From positions 140,574 to 164,573 of the forward strand of contig NZ_JAVDCA010000010.1 of the NCBI RefSeq assembly GCF_030848545.1: a stretch of DNA of 24,000 nucleotides, read 5' to 3'. Source of the DNA: Astrobacterium formosum (GTDB lineage: Bacteria; Pseudomonadota; Alphaproteobacteria; Rhizobiales; Xanthobacteraceae). Below, one piece after another: positions 15,858-23,839 of this stretch (position 1 is the first letter of the stretch; each line of letters starts with the position of its first letter). A program made the translations under genes and the position numbers. Below the pieces are notes generated by a model. The model made no database searches, was not told where the DNA came from, and saw only the letters and a list, made by a program, of their open reading frames with translations.

Positions 15858-16892
15858 TCACCCACACCCGCATGAGCACTTCAGCCGCGCATTGAGTCGC
15901 GGATAGACCCGGCGGGCATTGTCTTCGAATACCTTCTGGCGGTCGCCGGCGCTGAGCCAGGCCACCTGGTCGAGATAGCGCTTGGTGTCGTCATAGTGGT
16001 GCCCGGTGCGCGGATCGATGCCGCGCACGGCGCCGACCATTTCCGAGGCGAACAGGATGTTGTCGATCGGCACCACCTTGGTGAGCAGCTCGATGCCCGG
16101 CAGGTGATACACGCAGGTGTCGAAGAAGACGTTGTTGAGCAGGAGCTCTTCCAACGGCGGCCGCTTCATGTCCTGGGCGAGGCCGCGATAGCGGCCCCAG
16201 TGATACGGCACCGCGCCGCCGCCATGCGGAATGACGAAGCGCAGGGTGGGAAAGTCCTTGAACAGATCCGAGGTCAGAAACTGCATGAAGGCGGTGGTGT
16301 CGCCGTTGATGTAATGGGCGCCGGTGACGTGGAAATTGGGATTGCACGAGCCCGACACGTGGATCATCGCCGGCACATCGAGCTCGACCATCTTTTCGTA
16401 GAGCGGATACCAGACCCGGTCGGTCAGAGGCGGGCCGCTCCAGTGGCCGCCGGACGGGTCCGGATTGAGGTTGCAGCCCACGAAGCCGAACTCGGTGACG
16501 CAGCGCTCGAGCTCGCCGACGCATGACTTCAGCTCGACGCCGGGCGATTGCGGCAGCTGGCAGACGCCGATGAAATTGTCGGGGTAGAGCGTGCACACCC
16601 GGTGAATCAGGTCGTTGCACAGGCGCGACCAGGCGAGGCTGACGGCGGCGTCGCCGATGTGGTGCGCCATGCCGGAGGCGCGCGGCGAGAAGATGGTCAG
16701 GTTGGTGCCGCGCTCGCGCTGGAGCTTGAGCTGGGCGCCTTCCAGGGACTGGCGCAATTCGTCGTCGCTGATCGCAAGGGTCGCCGCCGACGGCAGCGGC
16801 GACTTGCTCTCGTAGGCGGCGATCTGCGCCTTGCGAAAAGCATGCAGTTGGGTCGGCTCGGTGGTGTAGTGGCCATGGCAGTCGATGATCAT
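15858..16892 (-). CDS. amidohydrolase-2 family enzyme, LigJ-like (4-oxalomesaconate hydratase-like)
   Basis: MIIDCHGH..., PPLTDRVWYPLYEKMVELDVPAMIH, IPHGGGAVPYHWGRY and FEDNARRVYP track my recollection of Sphingobium sp. SYK-6 LigJ closely. AGGAG lies 6 nt upstream of the ATG at 16892. Confidence 0.8.
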   Translation of the reverse strand: MIIDCHGHYTTEPTQLHAFRKAQIAAYESKSPLPSAATLAISDDELRQSLEGAQLKLQRERGTNLTIFSPRASGMAHHIGDAAVSLAWSRLCNDLIHRVCTLYPDNFIGVCQLPQSPGVELKSCVGELERCVTEFGFVGCNLNPDPSGGHWSGPPLTDRVWYPLYEKMVELDVPAMIHVSGSCNPNFHVTGAHYINGDTTAFMQFLTSDLFKDFPTLRFVIPHGGGAVPYHWGRYRGLAQDMKRPPLEELLLNNVFFDTCVYHLPGIELLTKVVPIDNILFASEMVGAVRGIDPRTGHHYDDTKRYLDQVAWLSAGDRQKVFEDNARRVYPRLNARLKCSCGCG

Positions 16893-17030
16893 GGTGGCTC
16901 CTGGGCTCCGCGTTCGCGAGCCGATCGGCATCGAAGAGGATTCGGTCTCGACGCCCGCGCTCTCGACAATCCGTCCCGACAAGCGATTTCGCCGGCATTG
17001 GGCCATCGCCCGCCCATGCCGCACGCGACC

Positions 17031-17059
17031 TTGACATTATTCTCAATATTGTCAACAAT
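17031..17059 (+). promoter_or_regulatory. sigma70-like promoter for the GntR gene: TTGACA (17031-17036), N17, AACAAT (17054-17059)
   Basis: Perfect -35 hexamer, 17-nt spacer and a 4/6 match at the -10 hexamer. It lies in an AT-rich patch 84 nt upstream of the gntR-family ATG. Confidence 0.4.
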
Positions 17060-17067
17060 CTTGAGAA
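17040..17067. promoter_or_regulatory. 28-bp near-perfect palindrome, candidate GntR/FadR-type operator in the ligJ/gntR divergent promoter
   Basis: TTCTCAAtATTGTcaACAATcTTGAGAA, with 12 of 13 symmetric pairs matching. The core TGTcaACA fits the GT-N-AC pattern of FadR-subfamily operators. It overlaps the predicted -10 of the regulator gene. Confidence 0.55.
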
Positions 17068-17142
17068 CGAGCCCGATAAGGTAACCGGTTGACTTGATCC
17101 GGTTTCCCGCCTCCCCGAGGACAGGACCTCACGGACAACAGG

Positions 17143-17814
17143 ATGGAAGCCCACGCACCAGGCCGGGACGTCAGCGCCGAAGTCGCCGCGCGGCTGCGCG
17201 AGGCGATCACCAGCGGCCGTTTCATGCCCAATGAACGCCTGGTGGAGGCCGATCTGGTCACCTTCCTCGACGCCAACCGGGCCAATGTCCGCATGGCGCT
17301 CGCCATGCTCGACCAGGAAGGCCTGGTGGTGCGCGAACCCAATCGCGGCGCGCGCGTGCGGCTGCTCTCCGACGTGGAGGCAATCGAGATCGCCGAGGCC
17401 CGCCGGGCGATCGAGACCATGGTGGCGCGGCAGGCGGCCGAGCGCGCCGGCGATGACGACCGCTCGGTGCTGCAAGGCATCATCACCGACATGAAAGCCG
17501 CCGTCGCGGCGTCCGACCCGGTCACCTATTCCCGCCTCAACGCGCGGCTGCATCGCGAGATCCAGCGCATCGCCGCCAATGCGACGGCGAGCCGCCTGTT
17601 GCAGACCCTGCGCTCCCAGCTGGTGCGGCTGCAGTACCAGATCGCCCTGTTTCCCGGCCGGCCGGCGCAATCCGTCGTCGAGCACGCGAACATCGTCGCG
17701 GCCATCTGCGCCGGCGACGGCGCCGCCGCCGAGGCCGCCATGCGGACCCATCTGGACCAGGTGGTCGCCAACATTCGATCGGCGGTGACGGCGGCCCGCG
17801 CCGGGATGTTGTGA
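17143..17814 (+). CDS. GntR-family transcriptional regulator with an FCD (FadR C-terminal) domain
   Basis: N-terminal wHTH (RLVEADLVTFLDANRANVRMALAMLDQEGLVVREPNRGARV) and a helical C-terminal domain with the H...H pattern (LHREI, VVEHANIV). Confidence 0.88.
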   Translation: MEAHAPGRDVSAEVAARLREAITSGRFMPNERLVEADLVTFLDANRANVRMALAMLDQEGLVVREPNRGARVRLLSDVEAIEIAEARRAIETMVARQAAERAGDDDRSVLQGIITDMKAAVAASDPVTYSRLNARLHREIQRIAANATASRLLQTLRSQLVRLQYQIALFPGRPAQSVVEHANIVAAICAGDGAAAEAAMRTHLDQVVANIRSAVTAARAGML

Positions 17815-17889
17815 GCCCTGGAGGCCCTATTCGTTCGAACCTGCCGGCGAGTCCGTTTCACCCCATTCCCACTAGCGAAGGAGTGATTC

Positions 17890-17988
17890 GTGATCCGCCC
17901 AGCCTGCCTTTTGTTCGCTGCTCTGTTCGCCCCCGAAGTCTTCCGTCACCACGTCGCCTTCAGGAATGAGCGAAGAGAATACCCATGA
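17890..17988 (+). CDS. candidate 32-codon upstream ORF (MIRPACLLFAALFAPEVFRHHVAFRNERREYP if GTG is read as Met), coupled to ligI
   Basis: AAGGAG (17878-17883) lies 6 nt before GTG 17890. The stop TGA (17986-17988) overlaps the ligI ATG (17985) as ATGA. The N-terminal half is hydrophobic. It is too short for compositional support. Confidence 0.3.
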   Translation: MIRPACLLFAALFAPEVFRHHVAFRNERREYP

Positions 17989-18839
17989 CCGCCGATCCTC
18001 GCACCTCGCCCCGCCGCCGACCGGCTTTCACTCTTCCGCCGGGGACGTGCGACGCCCATTGCCACGTGTTCGGTCCGGGTGAGCGGTTCGCCTATGCGCC
18101 GGGCCGCACCTACACGCCCGCGGACGCCCCCAAGGAGGCGCTGCGGGCGCTGCACGACCAGCTCGGCATCGATCGCGCCGTGATCGTGCAGGCGAGCTGC
18201 CACGGCACCGACAATGCCGCCATGCTGGACTGCCTGCGCTCCGATCCGAAGCGCTATCGCGGCGTCGCCATCGTCGACGACACCTTCACGGAGGCGCAAT
18301 ATCGCGAACTTCACGACGCCGGCGTGCGCGGCGTCCGCTTCAACTTCATGCCCCATCTCGGCGCCTCCGCGGATCTCGACATGGTCGAACGCGTCATCGA
18401 TCGCGTCCGCGACATGGGCTGGCACATCGTGCTGCACCTGCATGCGACCGTCATCATCCCCATGTCGTCATGGATCCAGGCGATGCCGCTACCGTTCGTC
18501 ATCGACCACATGGGCCGTGTGCCGGCCGAGGCCGGCGTGACGCAACCGCCGTTCAAAGCCTTGCTCGAAATCGTCAAGAACGAGCTTTGCTGGATCAAGG
18601 TGTGCGGCTCCGAGCGCATTTCCATGCCGCCTTACGACAAGGCGATCGGTTTCGCGGCCGCGCTGGTCAAGGCGGGCGGAGAGCGCGTTCTGTGGGGCAC
18701 GGACTTTCCGCACCCGAACTCCACCCACGACGCCGACGAAGCCGAGCTGGTCGAGCTGATACCGAAATTCGCCCCCGATGCCGCCGACCACCGACGCTTC
18801 CTGGTCGACAATCCGGCCCGGCTGTACGGCTTCGATTGA
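17985..18839 (+). CDS. amidohydrolase-2 family enzyme, LigI-like (2-pyrone-4,6-dicarboxylate lactonase-like)
   Basis: PPGTCDAHCHVFGP, AVIVQASCHGTDNAAMLD, VRGVRFNF, FVIDHMGR and LWGTDFPHPN track my recollection of SYK-6 LigI. Confidence 0.82.
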   Translation: MTADPRTSPRRRPAFTLPPGTCDAHCHVFGPGERFAYAPGRTYTPADAPKEALRALHDQLGIDRAVIVQASCHGTDNAAMLDCLRSDPKRYRGVAIVDDTFTEAQYRELHDAGVRGVRFNFMPHLGASADLDMVERVIDRVRDMGWHIVLHLHATVIIPMSSWIQAMPLPFVIDHMGRVPAEAGVTQPPFKALLEIVKNELCWIKVCGSERISMPPYDKAIGFAAALVKAGGERVLWGTDFPHPNSTHDADEAELVELIPKFAPDAADHRRFLVDNPARLYGFD

Positions 18840-18885
18840 GCCGTCAGGACACAAACAGGCAACGTCAACGAACGAGGACCAGCAG

Positions 18886-19851
18886 ATGAGACGACTTGCA
18901 CTCAGCCTAGCGCTCGCCGCTCTCGCCGCCGCGGCGGTGCCGGCCGCCGCACAGAACTACCCGACGCGTCCCGTCCGCATGATCCTGCCGTTCGGGGCCG
19001 GCGGCGTTGCCGACATCACCGCCCGGGTGGTCGCCGAGCGCCTCGGCGAGAAGATCGGACAACGTTTCGTCATCGAGAACATGCCGGGGGCGGGAGGCAT
19101 CGCGGCTGCCCGTGCGGTGCTGTCGGCGCCGGCCGACGGCTACACGCTGGCGCTCCTGTCCAACGGCACCGCCGTCAGCGCCGGCCTGTTCAAGAACCTG
19201 CCGTTCGACCCCATGAAGGACTTCCTGCCGATCTCCAGCCTCGGCTATTTCGACTTCGTGGTCGCCACCAGCGCCGACTCTCAGTTCAAGACCATGGCGG
19301 ACGTGGTCAAATACGCCAAGGACAATCCCGGCAAGCTCAATGTCGGCACCATCAATGTGGGCTCGACCCAGAACCTTTCGGCCGAACTCCTCAAGTCGGC
19401 CGCCGGCATCCAGTTCCAGATCATTCCGTACCGGGGGACCCCCGAGGTGCTGATCGCGGCGCTGCGCAACGACGCCAATATCATGATCGACAACTATTCG
19501 GGCATGAAGGCGAACCTGGCCGACGGCAAGCTGCGAGCACTCGCCTCGACCGGCGAGGCGAAGTCGATCGTCCTCAAGGACGTGCCGACCGTCCAGGAGG
19601 CCGGCGTCAAGGGCTACGATGTCGTGTCGTGGAACGCGCTGTTCGCCCCCAAGGGCACGCCGAACGAGGTGATCGACAGGCTCAATGCCGCCCTCAAGGA
19701 GGTGCTCGCCACGGCCGACGTCAAGGCGCGCCTGCTCGAACTCGGCATCGAGGCCAAGGCATCGACCCCGCAGGAGATCCAGGATCGCCTCAAGAGCGAC
19801 ATCGACAAATGGAGCAAGGTCATCCAGGCGGCCGGCATCGCCAAGCAGTGA
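18886..19851 (+). CDS. Bug-family (TctC-like) periplasmic solute-binding protein
   Basis: Signal peptide MRRLALSLALAALAAAAVPAAA, then QNYPTRPVRMILPFGAGGVAD. GAGGA lies upstream of the ATG at 18886. Confidence 0.88.
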   Translation: MRRLALSLALAALAAAAVPAAAQNYPTRPVRMILPFGAGGVADITARVVAERLGEKIGQRFVIENMPGAGGIAAARAVLSAPADGYTLALLSNGTAVSAGLFKNLPFDPMKDFLPISSLGYFDFVVATSADSQFKTMADVVKYAKDNPGKLNVGTINVGSTQNLSAELLKSAAGIQFQIIPYRGTPEVLIAALRNDANIMIDNYSGMKANLADGKLRALASTGEAKSIVLKDVPTVQEAGVKGYDVVSWNALFAPKGTPNEVIDRLNAALKEVLATADVKARLLELGIEAKASTPQEIQDRLKSDIDKWSKVIQAAGIAKQ

Positions 19852-19963
19852 GGCCCGCCGAAGGCGTTTGCAACACCGATGTCGCTCGCGTCCCGCGCTG
19901 TGCACGGATACGCGAGCGGCATCGATGTGCCGCCCCTGGAATGACCCCGAAAGGAAATTCGTC

Positions 19964-20854
19964 GTGGCGACGTCGGAAAAGGTGAAACTGTTCACGCTGC
20001 TCGGCGACTATCCCAACACTTCGGCACTCAAGCGCGGCGAGATCGCGTCCGATCTCGCCGCCCTGGAATTCGCCGACGTCAAGGTCGCCAACACCGGCTT
20101 CAAGCCGCTGGTGCGCGAAGCCAGGTTCGACCTCGCCGAACTCGCCATCGTGACCTATCTGCAGGCCAAGGCCTTCCATAAGCCCTATGTGCTGCTGCCG
20201 ATCGTGGTGATGGCACGCGGCCAGCACCACACCATCGTCTACAATCGCGAGCGCGGCCGGCTTGCGCCCGCCGACCTCGCCGGCAAGCGCGTCGGCGTGC
20301 GTTCCTACGGCGTGACGACCGGGGTGTGGGTGCGGGGAATCCTGCATCAGCAGTACGGGGTCGACATCGCCAGGATCCGCTGGGTGACGTTCGAGGAACC
20401 GCACGTCGCCGAATACACCGACCCGGCGAGCGTCGAACGCGCGCCCGCGGCCAGGACCATGGTGCAGATGCTGATCGACGGCGATCTCGACGCCGCGATC
20501 GTCGGCGACAATCTGTCCGACCCGCGGCTGGCGACGCTCATTCCCGACCACGAAACCGCGGCCGCCACCTGGGCGGCCGAGCATGGCGCGCCGATCAACC
20601 ACATGGCGGTGATCCGCTGCGAACTGTCGCAACAGCGTGCCGACCTGGTGCGCGAAGTGTTTCGCATGTTCAAGGAGAGCCGCGACATCGCGGTACACCG
20701 TGGCGACGAGGCTGCGGCCAGGCTACAGTTCGGCCTCGAGCCCAATCGCCGGGCTCTGCAATCCATCATCGACATGGCGGCACGCCAGGAGTTGATCCCG
20801 CACCGATGGGACGTCGAGGAATTGTTCGACGACGTCACCCGGGATCTTGCTTGA
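19964..20854 (+). CDS. cytosolic PBP2-fold (NMT1/THI5-like) protein of the group annotated as '4,5-dihydroxyphthalate decarboxylase'
   Basis: No signal peptide. DLAGKRVGVRSYGVTTGVWVRGILHQQYGVDIARIRW and FGLEPNRRALQ...EELF resemble that family as I recall it. The GTG at 19964 has AAGGAA 7 nt upstream (alternative GTG at 19982). The longest ORF (19685) overlaps the Bug gene and is rejected. Confidence 0.6.
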   Translation: MATSEKVKLFTLLGDYPNTSALKRGEIASDLAALEFADVKVANTGFKPLVREARFDLAELAIVTYLQAKAFHKPYVLLPIVVMARGQHHTIVYNRERGRLAPADLAGKRVGVRSYGVTTGVWVRGILHQQYGVDIARIRWVTFEEPHVAEYTDPASVERAPAARTMVQMLIDGDLDAAIVGDNLSDPRLATLIPDHETAAATWAAEHGAPINHMAVIRCELSQQRADLVREVFRMFKESRDIAVHRGDEAAARLQFGLEPNRRALQSIIDMAARQELIPHRWDVEELFDDVTRDLA

Positions 20855-21053
20855 CGCCACTTATCGTCGCGCGGCGATGTCCGGCCGACACACGTGCTGC
20901 GTGAACACCGTCGTTTTTCCCATCGTCGAATATGCGCCCGCAGGCGCCGACCAGCGGCGCTCGCAGACCGCCGTAACCCGGCGACGAAAGCGATACTTCG
21001 ACGATCCGCGCGCCCTCGCCTTCCTGTGCCGACCGGCGTATGAGATCATCCCG

Positions 21054-21067
21054 CCGGATCGATCCGG
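21054..21067. promoter_or_regulatory. perfect 14-bp palindrome ccggatcgatccgg, 39 nt upstream of the ABC binding-protein start (possible operator)
   Basis: Read directly and self-complementary. No cognate regulator is identified in the window. Confidence 0.25.
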
Positions 21068-21105
21068 GGTCCGCCCGAATCCCTCAGAAAAACGCAGAGG
21101 CTTCC

Positions 21106-22608
21106 ATGATCAGACGCACTATGGCGCGGGCCGCGCTGTCGGCCCTGCTCCTCGCCGGAGCGACGTTCGCCGCGCAAGCCGCCGGCACGTTCAGGATGTC
21201 GGTGGAATCGAACCTGAACACGCTCGATCCGGCCAAGATGAAAGGCGGCCAGGAATACGTAGTCGCCTACATGGTCTACAACGGACTGACCATCATCGAC
21301 CACGACATGGTGACGAAGCCTGACCTTGCGGAACGCTGGGAGCACTCGGGCGACCTCAAGACCTGGACCTTCTTTCTCAAGAAGGGCGTCAAATTCCACA
21401 ACGGCCGCGAGCTCGAAGCCGAAGACGTCCTCGCCACCGTGAAGCGCATCCAGGACAAGGCCATCGGCTCGACGGCGCGCGCCAATTTCGAGATCGTCGA
21501 GGGCATGAAGGCGCTCGACAAGTACACGGTCCAGTTCCAGCTCAAGTCGCCCTATTCGGGCTTCGCCGACCTGTTCGGCGAGCGCCAGCTGCGCATCCTG
21601 CCGCGCGAGGCGATCGACACCATCGCGTCCAAGCCGATCGGCACCGGCCCGTTCAAATTCGTCTCCTTCGCACCCGGCGACCGCGTCGTCCTGACCCGGA
21701 ACCCCGACTATTTCGAGAAGGGGCTGCCCAAGCTCGACGACGTCGTCATCCGCATCCTGCCCGAGCCCGCCGCCCAGGTCGCCGCCCTGACCACCGGTGA
21801 ACTCGATTTCGTCTGGAACCTGCCGCTCGAATCCATCGACAAGGTCAAGGCGACCGCGAGCGTGAAGATCGACTCCGTGCCGACCTCAAGCTGGGACGGC
21901 ATCATCATGAACGCCAAGGTCAAGCCGTTCGACGACAAGCGGGTCCGCCAGGCGATCGCCGCCGCGCTCGACAAGGCCATCCTCACCCAGATCGCCCTGT
22001 TCGGCCACGGCACGCCCAGCCATTCGCCGATTCCGCCCAGCCACCCCTACTTCAACAAGGACCTGCCCATCGGCAAGGCCGACCCGGCCAAGGCCAAGAA
22101 GCTGCTCGCCGAGGCGGGTCTCGCCAACGGCTTCGAGGTCACGCTCTACACCCCGACCGGCCGCGCCGCCCGCGAGCGCCTGGCCTTGACGGTGCGCGAG
22201 CTGCTCAAGCCGGCCGGCGTCACCGTGAATGTGCAGCGCGTGCCCTTCGACGTCTTCTTGAAGGACATCGAGGGCAAGGCCGGCTTCTACATCGACGGCT
22301 TCTTCAGCCGCTCGACCGCCGACACCTCGCTCTATCCCTGGTACCACTCGCGCGGCTCGTGGAACACGACCCTGTGGAGCTACGCCAATCCGAAGATGGA
22401 CGAGGCCCTCGACCGCGCCCGCCAGGCGGCCACCGACGCCGAGGCCAAGAGCCTCTACATGGAAGCCCAGAAGCTCGCCGTCGAGGATTCCCCCGGCGTC
22501 GTTCCCTACGTGATCAACCACGTCAACGGCATGAGCGCCAAGGTGACCGGCTTCAGGTCGCACCCGATGATGTTCGTCGACCTGCGCAACGTGTCGCTGG
22601 GGCAGTGA
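21106..22608 (+). CDS. ABC transporter substrate-binding protein, family 5 (Dpp/Opp/Nik-like)
   Basis: Signal peptide MIRRTMARAALSALLLAGATFAAQA. 500 aa, with typical family-5 segments (LDPAKM..., WTFFLKKGVKFHNGRELEAEDV, PIGTGPFKFVSF). Confidence 0.88.
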   Translation: MIRRTMARAALSALLLAGATFAAQAAGTFRMSVESNLNTLDPAKMKGGQEYVVAYMVYNGLTIIDHDMVTKPDLAERWEHSGDLKTWTFFLKKGVKFHNGRELEAEDVLATVKRIQDKAIGSTARANFEIVEGMKALDKYTVQFQLKSPYSGFADLFGERQLRILPREAIDTIASKPIGTGPFKFVSFAPGDRVVLTRNPDYFEKGLPKLDDVVIRILPEPAAQVAALTTGELDFVWNLPLESIDKVKATASVKIDSVPTSSWDGIIMNAKVKPFDDKRVRQAIAAALDKAILTQIALFGHGTPSHSPIPPSHPYFNKDLPIGKADPAKAKKLLAEAGLANGFEVTLYTPTGRAARERLALTVRELLKPAGVTVNVQRVPFDVFLKDIEGKAGFYIDGFFSRSTADTSLYPWYHSRGSWNTTLWSYANPKMDEALDRARQAATDAEAKSLYMEAQKLAVEDSPGVVPYVINHVNGMSAKVTGFRSHPMMFVDLRNVSLGQ

Positions 22609-22619
22609 GACGCCGACTC

Positions 22620-22700
22620 GTCATTGCGAGGAGCGAAGCGACGAAGCAATCCAGGCCTTTCTTTGCGGCCCCTGGATTGCTTCGCTTCGCTCGCAACGAC
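22620..22700. repeat. MITE/REP-like palindrome (gtcattgcgaggagcgaagcgacgaagcaatccag family), copy 2
   Basis: Left arm gtcattgcgaggagcgaagcgacgaagcaatccagg pairs with right arm cctggattgcttcgcttcgctcgcaacgac. It starts 12 nt after the binding-protein stop. Confidence 0.8.
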
Positions 22701-22728
22701 GGGAGAACGAGACGCGCGCACTGGCCTG

Positions 22729-22829
22729 CTCCCTCCCCCGCTTGCGGGGGAGGGTTGGGGAGGGGGAAGTCTCTTGCGCCGTGCCCGTGGCGCCCCCTCC
22801 CTAGCCCTCCCCCGCAAGCGGGGGAGGGG
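22729..22829. repeat. inverted pair of 'ccctcccccgCTTGcgggggaggg' hairpin units (second REP-like family)
   Basis: Unit 1 is ctccctcccccgcttgcgggggagggttggggaggggg (22729-22766). Unit 2 is its inverted copy ccccctccctagccctcccccgcaagcgggggagggg (22793-22829). Each unit folds into a 10-bp G/C stem. Confidence 0.8.
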
Positions 22830-22881
22830 AACCGGGTGGCCAGCGCGGTGCACACGACGACTTTCCAAGGACCTCACGGTC

Positions 22882-23838
22882 ATGTTCCTCTTCACGCTCA
22901 CCCGCCTGGTCTACCTCGGCGTCGTCCTGGTGGTGATGTCGATCCTGGTCTTCCTGATCACCCAGGCGATGCCGGGCGACGTCGCCCATCTCATCGCCGG
23001 GCAGTTCGCCTCCAAGGAGGTGGTGGAGGCGATCTCCATCAAGCTCGGGCTCGACCAGCCGCTGATCGTGCAGTACGGCCGCTGGGCCGCCGGCATCCTG
23101 CACGGCGACCTCGGACGTTCGCTGACCCTCGAACAGGCGATCGCCCCGATCGTCATCGAAGCGCTGATCCGCTCCCTGGTGCTGGCGGTCTCCGCCCTGT
23201 TCATCGTCGCCGTCTTAGGGATCGGCCTCGGCGTCCTCGCCGCCGTGCGGCGCGGCAAACTGTCCGACCAGATGGTGTCGGGCATCTCCTATATCGGCAT
23301 CGCGGTACCCGATTTCTTCTGGGCGATCCTCCTGATCCTGGTGTTCGGCAGCTACCTGCAGCTTCTGCCCACCGGCGGATACGCGCCGATCTCGGACGGC
23401 TTCCTCGCCTGGGCCAAGCACCTGATCCTGCCGGTGATCACCCTCGTCCTGATGATGCTCGCCCGCGTCGCCAGGCTGACCCGCTCGTCCATGATCGACG
23501 TCCTGCAGACCAACTACGTCAAATACGCCCGCGCCAAGGGCATGCCGGAGCGCGTCGTCATCTTCCGCCACGCGCTCAAGAACGCGCTGTTGCCCACCAT
23601 CACGGTGCTGGCCATCAATTTCGGCTGGATCCTCGGCGGCGTCGTCGTCATCGAGACGGTGTTCTCCTATCCGGGTCTCGGGCGCCTGCTGTTGTTCGCC
23701 ATCCAGCGCCACGATCTGCCGCTCATCCAGGCCACCATCCTGTTGGTCTCGACCGCCTACTGCCTCGCCAATCTGGTCGCCGACCTCCTCTACGCGTTCG
23801 TCAATCCCAAGATCCGCCACAGCATGAGTAACAACTGA
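22882..23838 (+). CDS. ABC transporter permease (DppB/OppB-like)
   Basis: 318 aa and about 6 TM segments. N-terminus MFLFTLTRLVYLGVVLVVMSILVFLITQAMPGD. EAA-loop region YVKYARAKGMPERVVIFRHALKNALLP. Confidence 0.9.
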   Translation: MFLFTLTRLVYLGVVLVVMSILVFLITQAMPGDVAHLIAGQFASKEVVEAISIKLGLDQPLIVQYGRWAAGILHGDLGRSLTLEQAIAPIVIEALIRSLVLAVSALFIVAVLGIGLGVLAAVRRGKLSDQMVSGISYIGIAVPDFFWAILLILVFGSYLQLLPTGGYAPISDGFLAWAKHLILPVITLVLMMLARVARLTRSSMIDVLQTNYVKYARAKGMPERVVIFRHALKNALLPTITVLAINFGWILGGVVVIETVFSYPGLGRLLLFAIQRHDLPLIQATILLVSTAYCLANLVADLLYAFVNPKIRHSMSNN

Positions 23839-23839
23839 C

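Noticed and set aside
20847-21323. ORFs 20847-21323(+) and 20861-21049(-) in the 250-bp gap before the ABC operon.
   Set aside because: They have no ribosome-binding site and an Arg-rich nonsense-like composition. The plus-strand ORF runs out of frame through the well-supported binding-protein gene start.
22620-22829. CRISPR array suggested by recurring palindromic sequences here and at 6877, 9362 and 13128.
   Set aside because: The copies are inverted rather than direct. They are not regularly spaced by unique spacers, belong to several unrelated families, and are scattered singly in intergenic gaps. No cas genes are present.
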